A DNA stretch of 63,827 bases, counting the filler, from Octopus bimaculoides (taxonomy: Eukaryota): assembly GCF_001194135.2 (NCBI RefSeq). It is 7 parts of 7 records of this genome, joined end to end, with 100 filler letters (N's around TTAATTAATTAA, not from the genome) between each part and the next. Parts side by side here need not be neighbours in the genome. Positions count along the whole stretch, not along the records: positions 30,686 to 50,937 come from NC_068983.1; positions 51,038 to 56,843 come from NW_026433130.1; 5 more parts are not named here. One strand, written 5' to 3'. The position numbers were made by a program, and so were the translations under genes. Below the pieces are notes generated by a model, which saw only the letters and a program-made list of their open reading frames with translations, was not told the origin of the DNA and did no database searches. This document shows positions 41,338 to 54,550 of this stretch, piece by piece; within the stretch, counting starts at the first letter, position 1; each line of letters opens with the position of its first letter.

Positions 41338-41584
41338 ACAGAGAGAAAATACATACATACATACTTACGTACGTAAGTACATACATACATACATACATAC
41401 ATACATACATACATACATACATACATACATACATTTATACGTGTGTTTGAAAAGATAATCGAAAGCGCTCACACACACGAGAAAGAAACTTCCAAAACGG
41501 TCAGTGGCGTTCTGATAAAGAATTTACGACTATTTTAAAAGAATAATATTTTTTTAAAATCTAGATAACTTGTTTATACTTTAC

Positions 41585-41800
41585 TCTTTACTCTTTTTAG
41601 TCTTTTACTTGTTTCAGTCATTTGACTGTGGCCATGGTGGAGCACCGCCTTTAGTCGAACAAATCGACCCCAGGACTTATTTTTTGTAAGCCTAGTACTT
41701 ATTCTATCAGTCTCTTTTGCTGAACCGCTAAGTTACGGGGACATAAACACACCATCATGAGTTGTCAAGCGATGTTGGGGGGACAAACACAGGCACACAA

Positions 41801-41835
<35 letters not shown>
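41585..41835 (-). mobile_element. SINE family 3 3' half
   Basis: CTTGTTTCAGTCATTTGACTGTGGCCATGGTGGAGCACCGCCTTTAGTCGAACAAATCGACCCCAGG. Confidence 0.85.
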
Positions 41836-42683
41836 NNNNNNNNNNNNNNNNNNNNNNNNNNNNNNNNNNNNNNNNNNNNNNNNNNNNNNNNNNNNNNNNN
41901 NNNNNNNNNNNNNNNNNNNNNNNNNNNNNNNNNNNNNNNNNNNNNNNNNNNNNNNNNNNNNNNNNNNNNNNNNNNNNNNNNNNNNNNNNNNNNNNNNNNN
42001 NNNNNNNNNNNNNNNNNNNNNNNNNNNNNNNNNNNNNNNNNNNNNNNNNNNNNNNNNNNNNNNNNNNNNNNNNNNNNNNNNNNNNNNNNNNNNNNNNNNN
42101 NNNNNNNNNNNNNNNNNNNNNNNNNNNNNNNNNNNNNNNNNNNNNNNNNNNNNNNNNNNNNNNNNNNNNNNNNNNNNNNNNNNNNNNNNNNNNNNNNNNN
42201 NNNNNNNNNNNNNNNNNNNNNNNNNNNNNNNNNNNNNNNNNNNNNNNNNNNNNNNNNNNNNNNNNNNNNNNNNNNNNNNNNNNNNNNNNNNNNNNNNNNN
42301 NNNNNNNNNNNNNNNNNNNNNNNNNNNNNNNNNNNNNNNNNNNNNNNNNNNNNNNNNNNNNNNNNNNNNNNNNNNNNNNNNNNNNNNNNNNNNNNNNNNN
42401 NNNNNNNNNNNNNNNNNNNNNNNNNNNNNNNNNNNNNNNNNNNNNNNNNNNNNNNNNNNNNNNNNNNNNNNNNNNNNNNNNNNNNNNNNNNNNNNNNNNN
42501 NNNNNNNNNNNNNNNNNNNNNNNNNNNNNNNNNNNNNNNNNNNNNNNNNNNNNNNNNNNNNNNNNNNNNNNNNNNNNNNNNNNNNNNNNNNNNNNNNNNN
42601 NNNNNNNNNNNNNNNNNNNNNNNNNNNNNNNNNNNNNNNNNNNNNNNNNNNNNNNNNNNNNNNNNNNNNNNNNNNNNNNTATA

Positions 42684-42767
<84 letters not shown>

Positions 42768-42880
42768 GGCGGCTATTCGCAATTTACAATCAAAAGGCAC
42801 AAGTATAATCGTCGCTAAAACGACTTGACTAATGTTGGTGCTGACTTGCACCCTTAATCACATTAGTGACGATTATTATC

Positions 42881-43245
42881 TCATCATCATCATCATCGTC
42901 GTTTAACGTCTGCTTTCCATGCTAGCATGGGTTGGACGATTTGACTGAGGACTGGTGAAACCAGATGGCTACACCAGGCTCCAATCTGATTTGGCAGAGT
43001 TTCTACAGCTGGATGCCCTTCCTAACGCCAATCACTCCAAGAGTGTAGTGGGTGCTTTAGCGTGCCACCGGCACGAAGGCCAGTCAGGCAGAACTGGCAA
43101 CGGCCACGCTCAAAATGGTGTATTTTACGTGCCACCTGCACAGGAGCCAGGAAGGCGATGCTAGGCACAGGTGCCATTGACGGTTTCGCTTTCGCTTGCC
43201 CCAATAGGTCTTCGCAAGCCGAGTTTCGTTTCCATGAAGGAGATG
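42881..43245 (-). mobile_element. SINE-like interspersed repeat, family 5, with (GAT)n tail
   Basis: (CAT)n-CGTTTAACGTC...GGATGCCCTTCCTAACGCC, a motif I recall from RTE-partnered SINE tails. The assignment is inference. Confidence 0.55.
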
Positions 43246-44658
43246 ACGTATATATATATATATATAGATATACATGGGTTAATTTTAAAATATGTCTTAT
43301 CGCATTCTAGTATTTTGAAGCAGTCGCAGAGTTCTTAATGTTCGCCTGTATAAAATTCGTTCAGTGTTTATATATTGATCTAATAATCATTCAAGATATG
43401 CTTTCAATGTACATGAGAAACATACGTAACCTAAATGCTAGTATGACATAAACACTCCTTCTCGGACCATGAGATCTCAGGTTTCGTGCATACGAACATC
43501 TTCAGTGAATCAGAAAGGAATTAATGGGCTGGAAAATCTCCTTTATTTTTTCCTTCTTTTGTATTTGCAAGGTTCAAAAGTTTCAAAGCGTGTGATGTCA
43601 CATTGAAATATTTCCCTGTTTAGCAAACGAATACAAGCGTTAATACTGAATAAATTGAACCACACTTAATCGACATGATTAAAAAGGTGAGATATCGTCA
43701 CCACTCACGACGCATTTCTAAACATCCTGAACAAACACCTGACACCTTTCAAATAATCTAACGTACACATCTCTGCTCATAAAACAGAAAAAATTACATA
43801 TGATATAATAACCGCTTTACACAAAAGGTTCCTTTCTACCAGTGTCAACACAATATATAAGGAAATTAATAATGCAGGAACTCGAAGGTACTTGCCACTT
43901 GTTAGCAATAGAAAATCACTTATCTAACGTGTATTATTTCTACCCGAAATCTCTGATAATTGTCTCGTTTTCTTTTCTCTAATATGTCTTTTACGTGTTG
44001 TGTGAATGATGTACAGGAGTTCTATGTTATTCCTAATATTTTGTCTTCTGTATGAAAGACACGTTTTTGTTAAGTATGATGCTTGGTTTCATTTTATGTT
44101 ACCTGGTGACGTTAGAACGAGATACAGTGAATTCAGTACGTGTTATTTCTTTGAAGCCAGATTTTTAATGTGATGGATGTAGTGTTGATGATGTTGTACA
44201 TCTCCCGCTGAAAAATGGTTCACCTCTTTGCTGAAATCTGAAACTGATGCAGGAACAAGAAGAAGAATTCAGTAATCATCTGTTTCTACAGTAGAAAAGA
44301 GCACAAACATTTTCGAAGATCTTCACAGGAGACCAGATGCTTAAACTTCCCTATTTAATAAACTTTTGACGAACCGCTAGTTTACGGATCACGAAGAATT
44401 CAACTCCCCTTAGCAAGCGGTGTAGGAATAAACACAAAGACACACGCGCACGCACGCACGCACATACATACATACATACATACATACATACATACATACT
44501 TACATACATACATATATAAGATAGTGTACATTTAAACACCAGAGGAAACTGCCTTCAACAGGCAGTTTTTACACGCTGGAAGAAGTAGTCAAAACGACCA
44601 AAACAACATTTAAGAGCAATCTTACGTATACATACATATACACACACACATACACACA

Positions 44659-44703
<45 letters not shown>

Positions 44704-44704
<1 letters not shown>

Positions 44705-44953
44705 CCTAGGGGTGGATGTTACTGTTGCTTTTAGCCCCAGGAGGACATCTCCTCCAGCTGGCTTATCGACACACGACTGTGTCCTGTTTGCCGACGAAGG
44801 GAAATAACCCTGAAATCCGGATCCGTTCGTGCTGCAGATCATGGTGAGAGGGATAACTTCCCTTGGCAAACAGGACACAGTCGTGTGTCGATAAGCCAGC
44901 TGGAGGAGATGTCCTCCTGGGGCTAAAAGCAACAGTAACATCCACCCCTAGGG
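44704..44953. repeat. PLE pseudo-LTR with perfect 89-bp inverted repeat (44704-44792 / 44865-44953) around a 72-nt spacer
   Basis: Arms are exact reverse complements. The spacer carries the hammerhead core without its 5' helix-I strand. A (CT)n tract abuts the left arm. Confidence 0.9.
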
Positions 44954-45132
44954 NNNNNNNNNNNNNNNNNNNNNNNNNNNNNNNNNNNNNNNNNNNNNNN
45001 NNNNNNNNNNNNNNNNNNNNNNNNNNNNNNNNNNNNNNNNNNNNNNNNNNNNNNNNNNNNNNNNNNNNNNNNNNNNNNNNNNNNNNNNNNNNNNNNNNNN
45101 NNNNNNNNNNNNNNNNNNNNNNNNNNNNNNNN

Positions 45133-45408
45133 TTAACATTGCTTGTTTTCACCTTTTCGATATCAGTGAAGAATTTCACTGGAAAAGTAGATATAAGATT
45201 GCCAGGTTTTTGTCTCTCTCACCAGGGTCAGTAGCTATCGAACGCCGACGAAGGGAAATAGCCCTGAAATCCGGATCCGTTCGTGCTGCAGATCATGGTG
45301 AGAGGGATAACTTCCCTTGGCAAACAGGACACAGTCGTGTGTCAATAAGCCAGCTGGAGGAGATGTCCTCCTGGGGCTAAAAGCAACAGTAACATCCACC
45401 CCTAGGGG
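45133..45408 (+). repeat. Second, direct copy of the PLE pseudo-LTR
   Basis: 45245-45407 matches 44791-44953 except two substitutions (ATAGCCC/ATAACCC, GTCAATAAG/GTCGATAAG). Confidence 0.85.
45239..45283 (+). ncRNA. Minimal type-I hammerhead ribozyme with U4C core variant
   Basis: CGAACG CCGACGA AGGG AAAUAG CCCU GAAA UCCGGA UC^ CGUUCG: 6-bp helix I (extendable GUAGC/GCUGC after a bulge), 4-bp helix II, palindromic UCCGGA helix III, AUC triplet with predicted cut after 45277. Confidence 0.75.
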
Positions 45409-47080
45409 TCAGCCACACTTTAGTGGCAATATACTACAATTAAAACATACATTTCAAACATTTCAAAACGAGGAATCACATGGGATAAACACCGTAGCAT
45501 CAACATTCCAAATAAAAAACCATGGAGAAAACTTCTTAGAAACAGAAAATTTGCGTTTTGGAAAATGATACAGAACCACAAGAAAAGAGGGATATATCAA
45601 AAATGGCTTAACTCGACACCCTTAATTATACCCCGCAAATTACAAATAAAAATCATTCAAGAAGAACCAGAAGCACAAAGGAAACTTCGAGAAAGAATGA
45701 CACAAGCAAAATGAAGATGGAAACGGAACTACTGAAACTCAGGGCAGAAACAAATGAAGAAAAAGTAAAAACCATAGGCGAAGAAATCAAAAAGGAACTC
45801 AACAAACAAATACAAGGCCCCAACACAGAAACAATGCTAAAATTATGGAAAGAGGAGTGCGAAAAAGAGGAACTAAAATCCCTCCAACGATGGGAAAAGC
45901 GCGCTAACTGGTTTTCAACTTACGAAACCAACTTCAAAAACGAACACATCTCCAACAACCCCTTCTTAAAATCAAGAAAAAAAAACAAAACTTCAATCTA
46001 TCATAACTGAACAACCACCAAGAAAACCGAACATACATTTTGAATGTACCTCATACTACATAAATGTACCACGAAACACCTACAAGGATACACCACGCAC
46101 TTTAGGAACCACAATCTACATAACCCTAGCCACATAAATGCACCACGAAGCACCTACAGGGATACATCACTCAATTTTAGGACCCACAATCTACATAACC
46201 CTACTAAAACACACCAACGAAGCCTATACTCTAGGAACCCACCATGCAACCATAACAAACAACAAACACACTACAGAAGAAACAGCTACCAACATAACAT
46301 ACCTGAAACACTAAGACGGAACACGAGATTCAAAAACACACTACTAAATAGCACACCACTAACCCACTATAAATTTATAACAGGAGACAGATAAACAACA
46401 CTATTAAACCCAACCACACCAACTATTTTCTAGACCCAGTACACAGAAACAGGGATACACGATAGCACCGGACGTGCCAGAGAAACCACAGGTAATTAAA
46501 ATAGTGAATCTCTAATAAAGAACTTACACCCAATCAGATAAACATACTATCCAAAGGGCTAAAATTTACACAAACCCCACAACGACCAAATTACCATGAA
46601 ATGAATGACGATATTTCTGAGTTTGTAGAAAATTAAGACTAGCCGAGGAATTTTATGACAAACACATCGACGACGATTCAATAGTTAGAAATAGCAGCAA
46701 CTGCACCCTACAAAAGGAAAGAATAAAGCCCTCAAGGATTCACAGACAAGGAATATGATTACATAACCAACTTCAAAAGTAAACCAAGTTTATTCTACGG
46801 TATCCCCAAAATCCACAAAAGCAGAATAATAAGCGAGGCATGCAAAGAAGCTACAGACATAATCATCAAGTTGCCCTCACCTGGTAATCTGAAACTAAGA
46901 CCAATAATAGCAGGTCCAGCATGCGAAACCCACCGCCTCAGCAACTTCATGGACACTCTACTGAAACCCTTCCTTAAACACATCAAGAGCTACATAAGGG
47001 ATGACCTGGACATGCTCAACAACCTCCCAAAAACGGTCAATGAGAAAACACTGCTAGTATCCTTCGACGTAGTCAACCTG
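45317..47080 (+). mobile_element. Penelope-like retroelement ORF, decayed and truncated just after the first RT Asp motif
   Basis: YQKWLNSTPLIIPRKLQIK...KMETELLKLRAE...KLWKEECEKEE; IVNL...KGLKF; FYGIPKIHKS...RPIIAGPACETHRLSNFMDTLLKPFLKHIKSYIRD...LVSFDVVNL. Confidence 0.9.
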
Positions 47081-47134
47081 GATACAGGACGTTGCAAAAA
47101 ACGTGGACAAAATGATAAACAGAGTACAGAAAGC

Positions 47135-47275
47135 ACACAGGCCACATAGAGAACATTTCCTTCATCAGCTGTGGGAAGAGCCATTCTAACAATGCGTCCT
47201 GCCCTAATTCTTCGAAACGCTTAGTTTTAGAATGGTGGCAGCTGATGAAGGAAATGTTCTCTATGTGGCCTGTGT
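47135..47275. repeat. Hairpin with perfect 37-bp arms (47135-47171 / 47239-47275) and an inner 9-bp stem (47181-47189 / 47227-47235)
   Basis: ACACAGGCCACATAGAGAACATTTCCTTCATCAGCTG and its exact reverse complement. Confidence 0.9.
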
Positions 47276-47853
47276 TTATTTGTATTACATGATCGAACGC
47301 ACACGTCATCCTTGCAAGTAAGTTTCAACTTTATATATATATATATATGAGTGTGTATCTCTGAGTATTCCAGTAGGCGTGTATTCGTCTGTCTTTATGC
47401 TTATTATTATCTCCCTTCTTTCCCCATTCTCTGCTGCTAACTATTCAATCCTTTATTTTCTCTCAACAAATACTTTTATCTCACTGTTCTCCGCACGCTC
47501 CTTCTATCCTTCCATATCTGTATCTAAAAATATCTGCCTTCGTTGAATTTATTTTTTATGTTTATTTTACTGCATGCCTATTTGTATGCCAAGTTTATCT
47601 CCATATCTTCTCGGTCTCCCTTTATCGCACCTTTCTTTAATAAACCATCATTACAATTTTTCGATCTTACACAATGTTTTCTGCTCTCTTCCGTTCCTAG
47701 ATTATCAATCCTAAAATAATGTGCAATTACTTTTCAAAATTTGGTTCTCATTATGGAACAATCTAAATTAAGCAAAATCAATTTTCAATGTGTGATACAT
47801 TACGTAAGTGATTGTGTTTGTGTGTGTGTATGCATATATACATACATACATAC

Positions 47854-47929
<76 letters not shown>

Positions 47930-48260
47930 ATANNNNNNNNNNNNNNNNNNNNNNNNNNNNNNNNNNNNNNNNNNNNNNNNNNNNNNNNNNNNNNNNNNNN
48001 NNNNNNNNNNNNNNNNNNNNNNNNNNNNNNNNNNNNNNNNNNNNNNNNNNNNNNNNNNNNNNNNNNNNNNNNNNNNNNNNNNNNNNNNNNNNNNNNNNNN
48101 NNNNNNNNNNNNNNNNNNNNNNNNNNNNNNNNNNNNNNNNNNNNNNNNNNNNNNNNNNNNNNNNNNNNNNNNNNNNNNNNNNNNNNNNNNNNNNNNNNNN
48201 NNNNNNNNNNNNNNNNNNNNNNNNNNNNNNNNNNNNNNNNNNNNNNNNNNNNNNNNNNNN

Positions 48261-48317
<57 letters not shown>

Positions 48318-48325
48318 ATTTATAC

Positions 48326-48378
<53 letters not shown>

Positions 48379-49781
48379 CAGTTTCCTGTGTATTGTTGTT
48401 TTTTTTCTTTGCTAAAATAAAGCTTAGTTTATCCCTTTCCTGAATATATACATCGAGCCGTGAGTCTAGAATATTAATGGAGCACGACGGAATCTTATTT
48501 CATTATTTTTGATATTTCATTGTACATTATTAGAGCAAATAATTACAATATGGTAGCGTCTATGTTTTGCTTACATTTATTTTGCTCTCCGTTTAGCTTT
48601 AGGTCAAAAGATAACTATGAAGATATAGCCTATCACAAGAAGTATTGTATACAAGGTGACACATTGAATACAATGGTTTGTAATAGTGCTAAATGGCCAG
48701 CAATTTTAAGATACTATCGACCCCAGTACTTAACTAGTACTAATTTTATATACCCCGAAATGAGAAAATGCAAATGAATCAAAAATTCAGGAAGTCGTAG
48801 GATATTTCTTCCAACGCTGTAACGAGTCTGCCAGCTTGAGATGCATATAAATGAAATATACTATCTGTGAATAGGGATTGCAGCAAATAACTCTGAACAG
48901 CAAAATAAATGAGATGAAACGCAGGCCGATGATGCATTGTTGCTTCTGTCAAAATTATTTATCTGAGGGTTGACCCTATGGTACCGCCCGACCTTTTAGG
49001 AATACTAGTGAAATATTTCTCAAACCAACCCGAAAAGTCTTTTAACGAGGGATCTCACATATAATAAGCGTTGTCCTAGGTTCCTTTAGAAATATGGTAT
49101 ATTCATAACCGGAATGTCTTCGATAGAATGTTTGCTCAGTAAGGGTTAACATAGAGCTAATATATTTGTGTGCGTGCATGTGTGTACGTATGTATGTATG
49201 TATGTATGTATGTATGTTTGTATGCATGTATGTATGTATATATGCATGTATGTTTGTTTGTATGTATGTATGTATGTATGTATGTATGTATGTATGCATA
49301 TCAGTAAACTACTGGACTGCATTATGTTATATTTCCATCGACTTGTTTTCATTTATTTATTTATCACAATACGTATCGTTTTTTTCTTTTATTCTGTTCG
49401 TATATTTGTCCATAATCCTACTTGGAAAAGACTTGTTCATTCCTTAGAAGATTAACTGAAGTACTTCAACAAAATGCATACGACAACAAAAATAATACAG
49501 AATATAGAAAATAAAAGAAGACGAGTAGAAGATGATAGATGACACAAGACACATGTTTATGGTGACCTCCTCGTGAGGAGCTTTCTATGCTGTGATTTAT
49601 TGCTTCTTTGCTACTTAATTGCATTGGCTCCAATCACTTGTTTAAAGTGCTTTGTGAAGTAGAGTTATCTACCAAATATCAAGAGGAAGGTTTTTGAGTG
49701 TTTCTTTATAAACGAGAAATATATGCACACTTTCGTTTATATTCACAAAGAGACAGTCGCACACAAATACATACATACATG

Positions 49782-49879
<98 letters not shown>

Positions 49880-50898
49880 TATATGAGTGTGTGTGTGCGT
49901 GCGTGTTTGTGCGTGCGTGTGTGCGCGTGTGTGTGTGTGAACGTATTGTAAACGTATACGTTAATGTATCTATGTGCGTACCTCTTTACTGAAACACGTG
50001 TAATTACATAGACACACTTAAATGCAGGTATAAATACGTCATTAAACAAACACTAGCATGCTACAGTAAATAAAAGTGTACATATTAATTAATGTGTGAA
50101 TAAATATGTGGAACAGGAATGAAAATACTGAAGCAATCCATCAACATTAAGGGGCAATGTTTCTATTAAGTAAATTGGGGAGCGAATACCAACCTACTAT
50201 CCCTTTTTCTATACCTTTCCTCATCTATCATTATTTGTGCGCGTATCTAAACATGCATGTGTATGTGTGTATGTGCGTCTATGGCATGGAGGAGATTAGG
50301 ATGGTAATGGATAAACAGTTCGCTTTGCAACAATTTTGTCCTAGGTTCGATCTCATGGTATAACTTTTTAGGCGAATATAATTTTACTTACATGGTACGG
50401 GTCAAACCGTACCATGCATGTAAATGCCCATCGGATGGGTTTTTACCGAATTCAAAAGATACAGATGTATCACACACTGTGACATACTGAGAAATATATT
50501 AAAGTTCTACGTCTGGGGAATTATCAGCCACTTATGTGTTAATTGAGGGACATGTAAATCGGTTGATAGAGCAATAGAATCCTCCTTGTCAAACGAAAAT
50601 TCACCGCACGCACGCACACACGCACACACACGCACATTTTTCCATGTATGTATGCAGCACTGGATTAACCATTAAGTAAAATTAGCACGTACTTAGAGCA
50701 TCAAGCGAAGGGGGCCACCACAGAAATGGTAAATGGTTTACAGTACAAAAGGGATCATTTAAACTTGCTAAAGTAATATTCGTTACTCCTTATCGCTATT
50801 AAGCATAGCAGCAGACGTGTTACGTAGAATTAATTTTGAAGGCCTGATAAAAAATTTGGCATAAAAAACGTAGGAGAAAACTTCGCAGAGAAGAAACA

Positions 50899-50937
<39 letters not shown>

Positions 50938-51051
50938 NNNNNNNNNNNNNNNNNNNNNNNNNNNNNNNNNNNNNNNNNNNNTTAATTAATTAANNNNNNN
51001 NNNNNNNNNNNNNNNNNNNNNNNNNNNNNNNNNNNNNTATATATACACATA

Positions 51052-51500
51052 GGCGCAAGAGTGACTGTGTGGTAAGTAGCTTGCTTACAAACCACATGGG
51101 TCCAGGTTCAGTCCCACTGCGTGGCACCTTGGACAAGTGCCACGGGTCGACCAAAGCCTCGGGCCGACTATAGCCTCGAGCTGACTATAGCCTCGAGCCA
51201 ACTATAGCCTCGGGCCGACTATAGCCTTGTGAGTGGATTTGGTAGACGGAAACTAAAAGAAGACCGTCGTATATATGTATATTTATATATGTGTGTGCGC
51301 TTGTGTGTCTGTGTTTGTTCCCCAATATCGCTTGACAACTGATGCTAGTGTGTTTACGTCCCTGTAACCTAGCGGTTCGGCAAAAAAGAATGATAGAATA
51401 AGTATTAGGCTTACAAAGGATAAGTCCTGGGGTCAATTTGCTCGACTAAAGGCGGTTCTCCAGCATGGCCGCAGTCAAATCACTGAAACAAGTAAAAGAA
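51052..51500 (+). mobile_element. SINE family 3, full length: tRNA head, CORE-like segment, internal microsatellite, LINE-like tail
   Basis: A-box-like TGACTGTGTGG, B box GGTTCAGTCCC, CCTTGGACAAGTG, tail CAGCATGGCCGCAGTCAAATCACTGAAACAAGTAAAAGA. Internal 17-bp tandem expansion at 51149-51226. Confidence 0.9.
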
Positions 51501-51792
51501 TGTAGTAACGCCTGCGCATGCGTAGTCTTACGCATGCGTAAAATAAAACAAGCAAGCGTTTCCCGCTCAATTCTCTCTTTCACGCTGGCCAGCGATTGAG
51601 CAAGGACGTGTGTTTAAAGCTGTCTCTACATCTTTCGGTCTTACACTCGACAGCTCGTTATTCTCACCTCTAAAGATGTATAACTAAAGATTTGTATGTT
51701 TTACCAAGTAAATAAATGTTGTTTAAGTTGTTTAGTCTGGAGTTCAGCGTTCCGTTGTATTTCTTTAATTTTTTAGTAGAAAGTCAGGTATA
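51501..51792 (+). mobile_element. Possible solo LTR
   Basis: Starts TGTAGT, could end TATACA, contains AATAAA and GCGCATGCG motifs; no target-site duplication found. Confidence 0.25.
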
Positions 51793-52054
51793 CAATCTAA
51801 AGATGTATAACCCACTTTCTACTAAAAGAGTAAAAGAATATATGTATATGCATACAACGGATTCAATTATTATTATTATTAGGTATATTATATTATTCTT
51901 ATTAGATAAAGTATAAGCAGAGAANNNNNNNNNNNNNNNNNNNNNNNNNNNNNNNNNNNNNNNNNNNNNNNNNNNNNNNNNNNNNNNNNNNNNNNNNNNN
52001 NNNNNNNNNNNNNNNNNNNNNNNNNNNNNNNNNNNNNNNNNNNNNNNNNNNNNN

Positions 52055-52113
<59 letters not shown>

Positions 52114-53666
52114 GTACAAACATACCCATAAGCACATACATATTTCATGTGCTGAGAACAGAAGATTACTGTAGTAGTTCGTATTTTTTTTTCATATAAC
52201 TATAATTATACACAAGCATATATATATGTGTGTGTGTGTGTGTATAAACATGCAATATGTTTTCTATTGAGGGCTTGAGATAAAGGTTCACAATATGTGA
52301 GTTAGAGTTTATATTAATACTTGTGATATTAGTCGATAATAAAAGTAATAAATTTCCGGGTATTAATCAAGATACTTCATTATTATTTTCAGTTACTTTT
52401 TGTTTATCGAGTTGCTGAAACCCTGCGGGAAGTGGAGAGGGGGTTATGGTCAGTCCCGTAATCTAATTGGTCTTCTATTGTTTTGAAAGGCCATTACTTT
52501 GTTATGGTTGGTTAATGGATAACCGATAACATAAACAACAAAGTAGGCAAAAATATATAAATGTATACAAATAAAAAACAAATAATCCAAGGTCAACTAT
52601 TAGTAGGTAGGGTAGTAAAAATCAATAAAGAAATTAATATAGGGACTTGAATCTATTATATATTAAATTAAGTTAAATTAAGAAATATATAAGTAAAATG
52701 TGGATGAATCTATATATTTATATATATATTAGTAATTTAGGGTAAAGTGATATTACTAAGGGGATGGGGTTTTAATAGACTGCATACGAAAAATAAGTTA
52801 TTACAAAGTCTTTGAAGAATTGGTTTGGCCTATCCATAATTATAGAAAACAAAAACTTTCCTATAAACTATTTAGATGCAAATTGTAACCAAAAAACCGG
52901 ACTCCATGAACCTTATATAAAAGAAAACTCTACATTAAGATACATAAACAATTCTAGTAACCATCCCTTGCTAATAAAAAAAAAGCTCTACTACTAAATA
53001 TAAGTAAATGAATTTCAAACCTTTCTTCTAATGAAGAGATATTTAATAAACGTAAGATAAAATACAATATAGCACTGAAAAATGCAGGATATAAAGGTAA
53101 AATTAAATATCTTCCCTATAATATTAACTATAGTAGCCAGGATAGAGAAACTACCTCCAACCCACAAAATTTAGACAAATTTAACACTACCAAAGATAAA
53201 TATAAAAATAACAATAATAAAAAAAGAAATATCAAAAATAACAATAATAATAATAGTAATAACAGTAATAAAATCATTAGTAATAATAGTAAAAATTATA
53301 ACAAAAATAGTATTATTAGATATAAAAATAAGAACAATAACAGAGACTTTACACATAATATAAGTAACCCTAATAAAGAAAATAATGGAATAGGTACTCT
53401 ATGGCTAATAATCCCTTTCGTTATGCAAATTAAGAATAACATAGTAAAAACAATTTTTAGTTTAATTAACAAACATTTTACAAATGGAAAAAACAAATAT
53501 TGGTAGATAATTAATAACAAAACAATAAGAATAAGATACAGTCCAACACATAACCTAGCTACCATCATATCCTCAATTAACAATAGAAAACTGGGCACCT
53601 ATCTAAGTAGAAAAATAACAGAAGTAATACAAACACATATAATACTAATAACAACTATAATAATTC

Positions 53667-53738
<72 letters not shown>

Positions 53739-53739
<1 letters not shown>

Positions 53740-53952
53740 TCCATCCTGAAGCTGTGACTGAGGGAGAAAATGTATCAATTCTCTGGGACTTCCCTGTACA
53801 TACCGACAAAACTATAAAAGCTAATAAACTGGATATTATTATAAAAGATCAGACAAAAAAGATGTGTTTATTAATTGACATGAGTATTCCTTGCGATCAC
53901 AATATAGCGGCGAAAGAATTTGACAAGATCAGTAAATATAAAGACTTGATAA
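53739..53952 (+). mobile_element. R4/Dong-like LINE, family A, endonuclease domain (5'-truncated), directly after (AAT)n
   Basis: HPEAVTEGENVSILWDFPVHTDKTIKANKLDIIIKDQTKKMCLLIDMSIPCDHNIAAKEFDKISKYKDL (PD..D RLE motif with P>L). Confidence 0.85.
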
Positions 53953-54510
53953 NNNNNNNNNNNNNNNNNNNNNNNNNNNNNNNNNNNNNNNNNNNNNNNN
54001 NNNNNNNNNNNNNNNNNNNNNNNNNNNNNNNNNNNNNNNNNNNNNNNNNNNNNNNNNNNNNNNNNNNNNNNNNNNNNNNNNNNNNNNNNNNNNNNNNNNN
54101 NNNNNNNNNNNNNNNNNNNNNNNNNNNNNNNNNNNNNNNNNNNNNNNNNNNNNNNNNNNNNNNNNNNNNNNNNNNNNNNNNNNNNNNNNNNNNNNNNNNN
54201 NNNNNNNNNNNNNNNNNNNNNNNNNNNNNNNNNNNNNNNNNNNNNNNNNNNNNNNNNNNNNNNNNNNNNNNNNNNNNNNNNNNNNNNNNNNNNNNNNNNN
54301 NNNNNNNNNNNNNNNNNNNNNNNNNNNNNNNNNNNNNNNNNNNNNNNNNNNNNNNNNNNNNNNNNNNNNNNNNNNNNNNNNNNNNNNNNNNNNNNNNNNN
54401 NNNNNNNNNNNNNNNNNNNNNNNNNNNNNNNNNNNNNNNNNNNNNNNNNNNNNNNNNNNNNNNNNNNNNNNNNNNNNNNNNNNNNNNNNNNNNNNNNNNN
54501 NNNNNNNNNN

Positions 54511-54549
<39 letters not shown>

Positions 54550-54550
<1 letters not shown>

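Noticed and set aside
47200-47260. Possible type-II hammerhead (GAAACGC...CTGATGA)
   Set aside because: Helices I and II do not pair in the required register and helix III is not palindromic.
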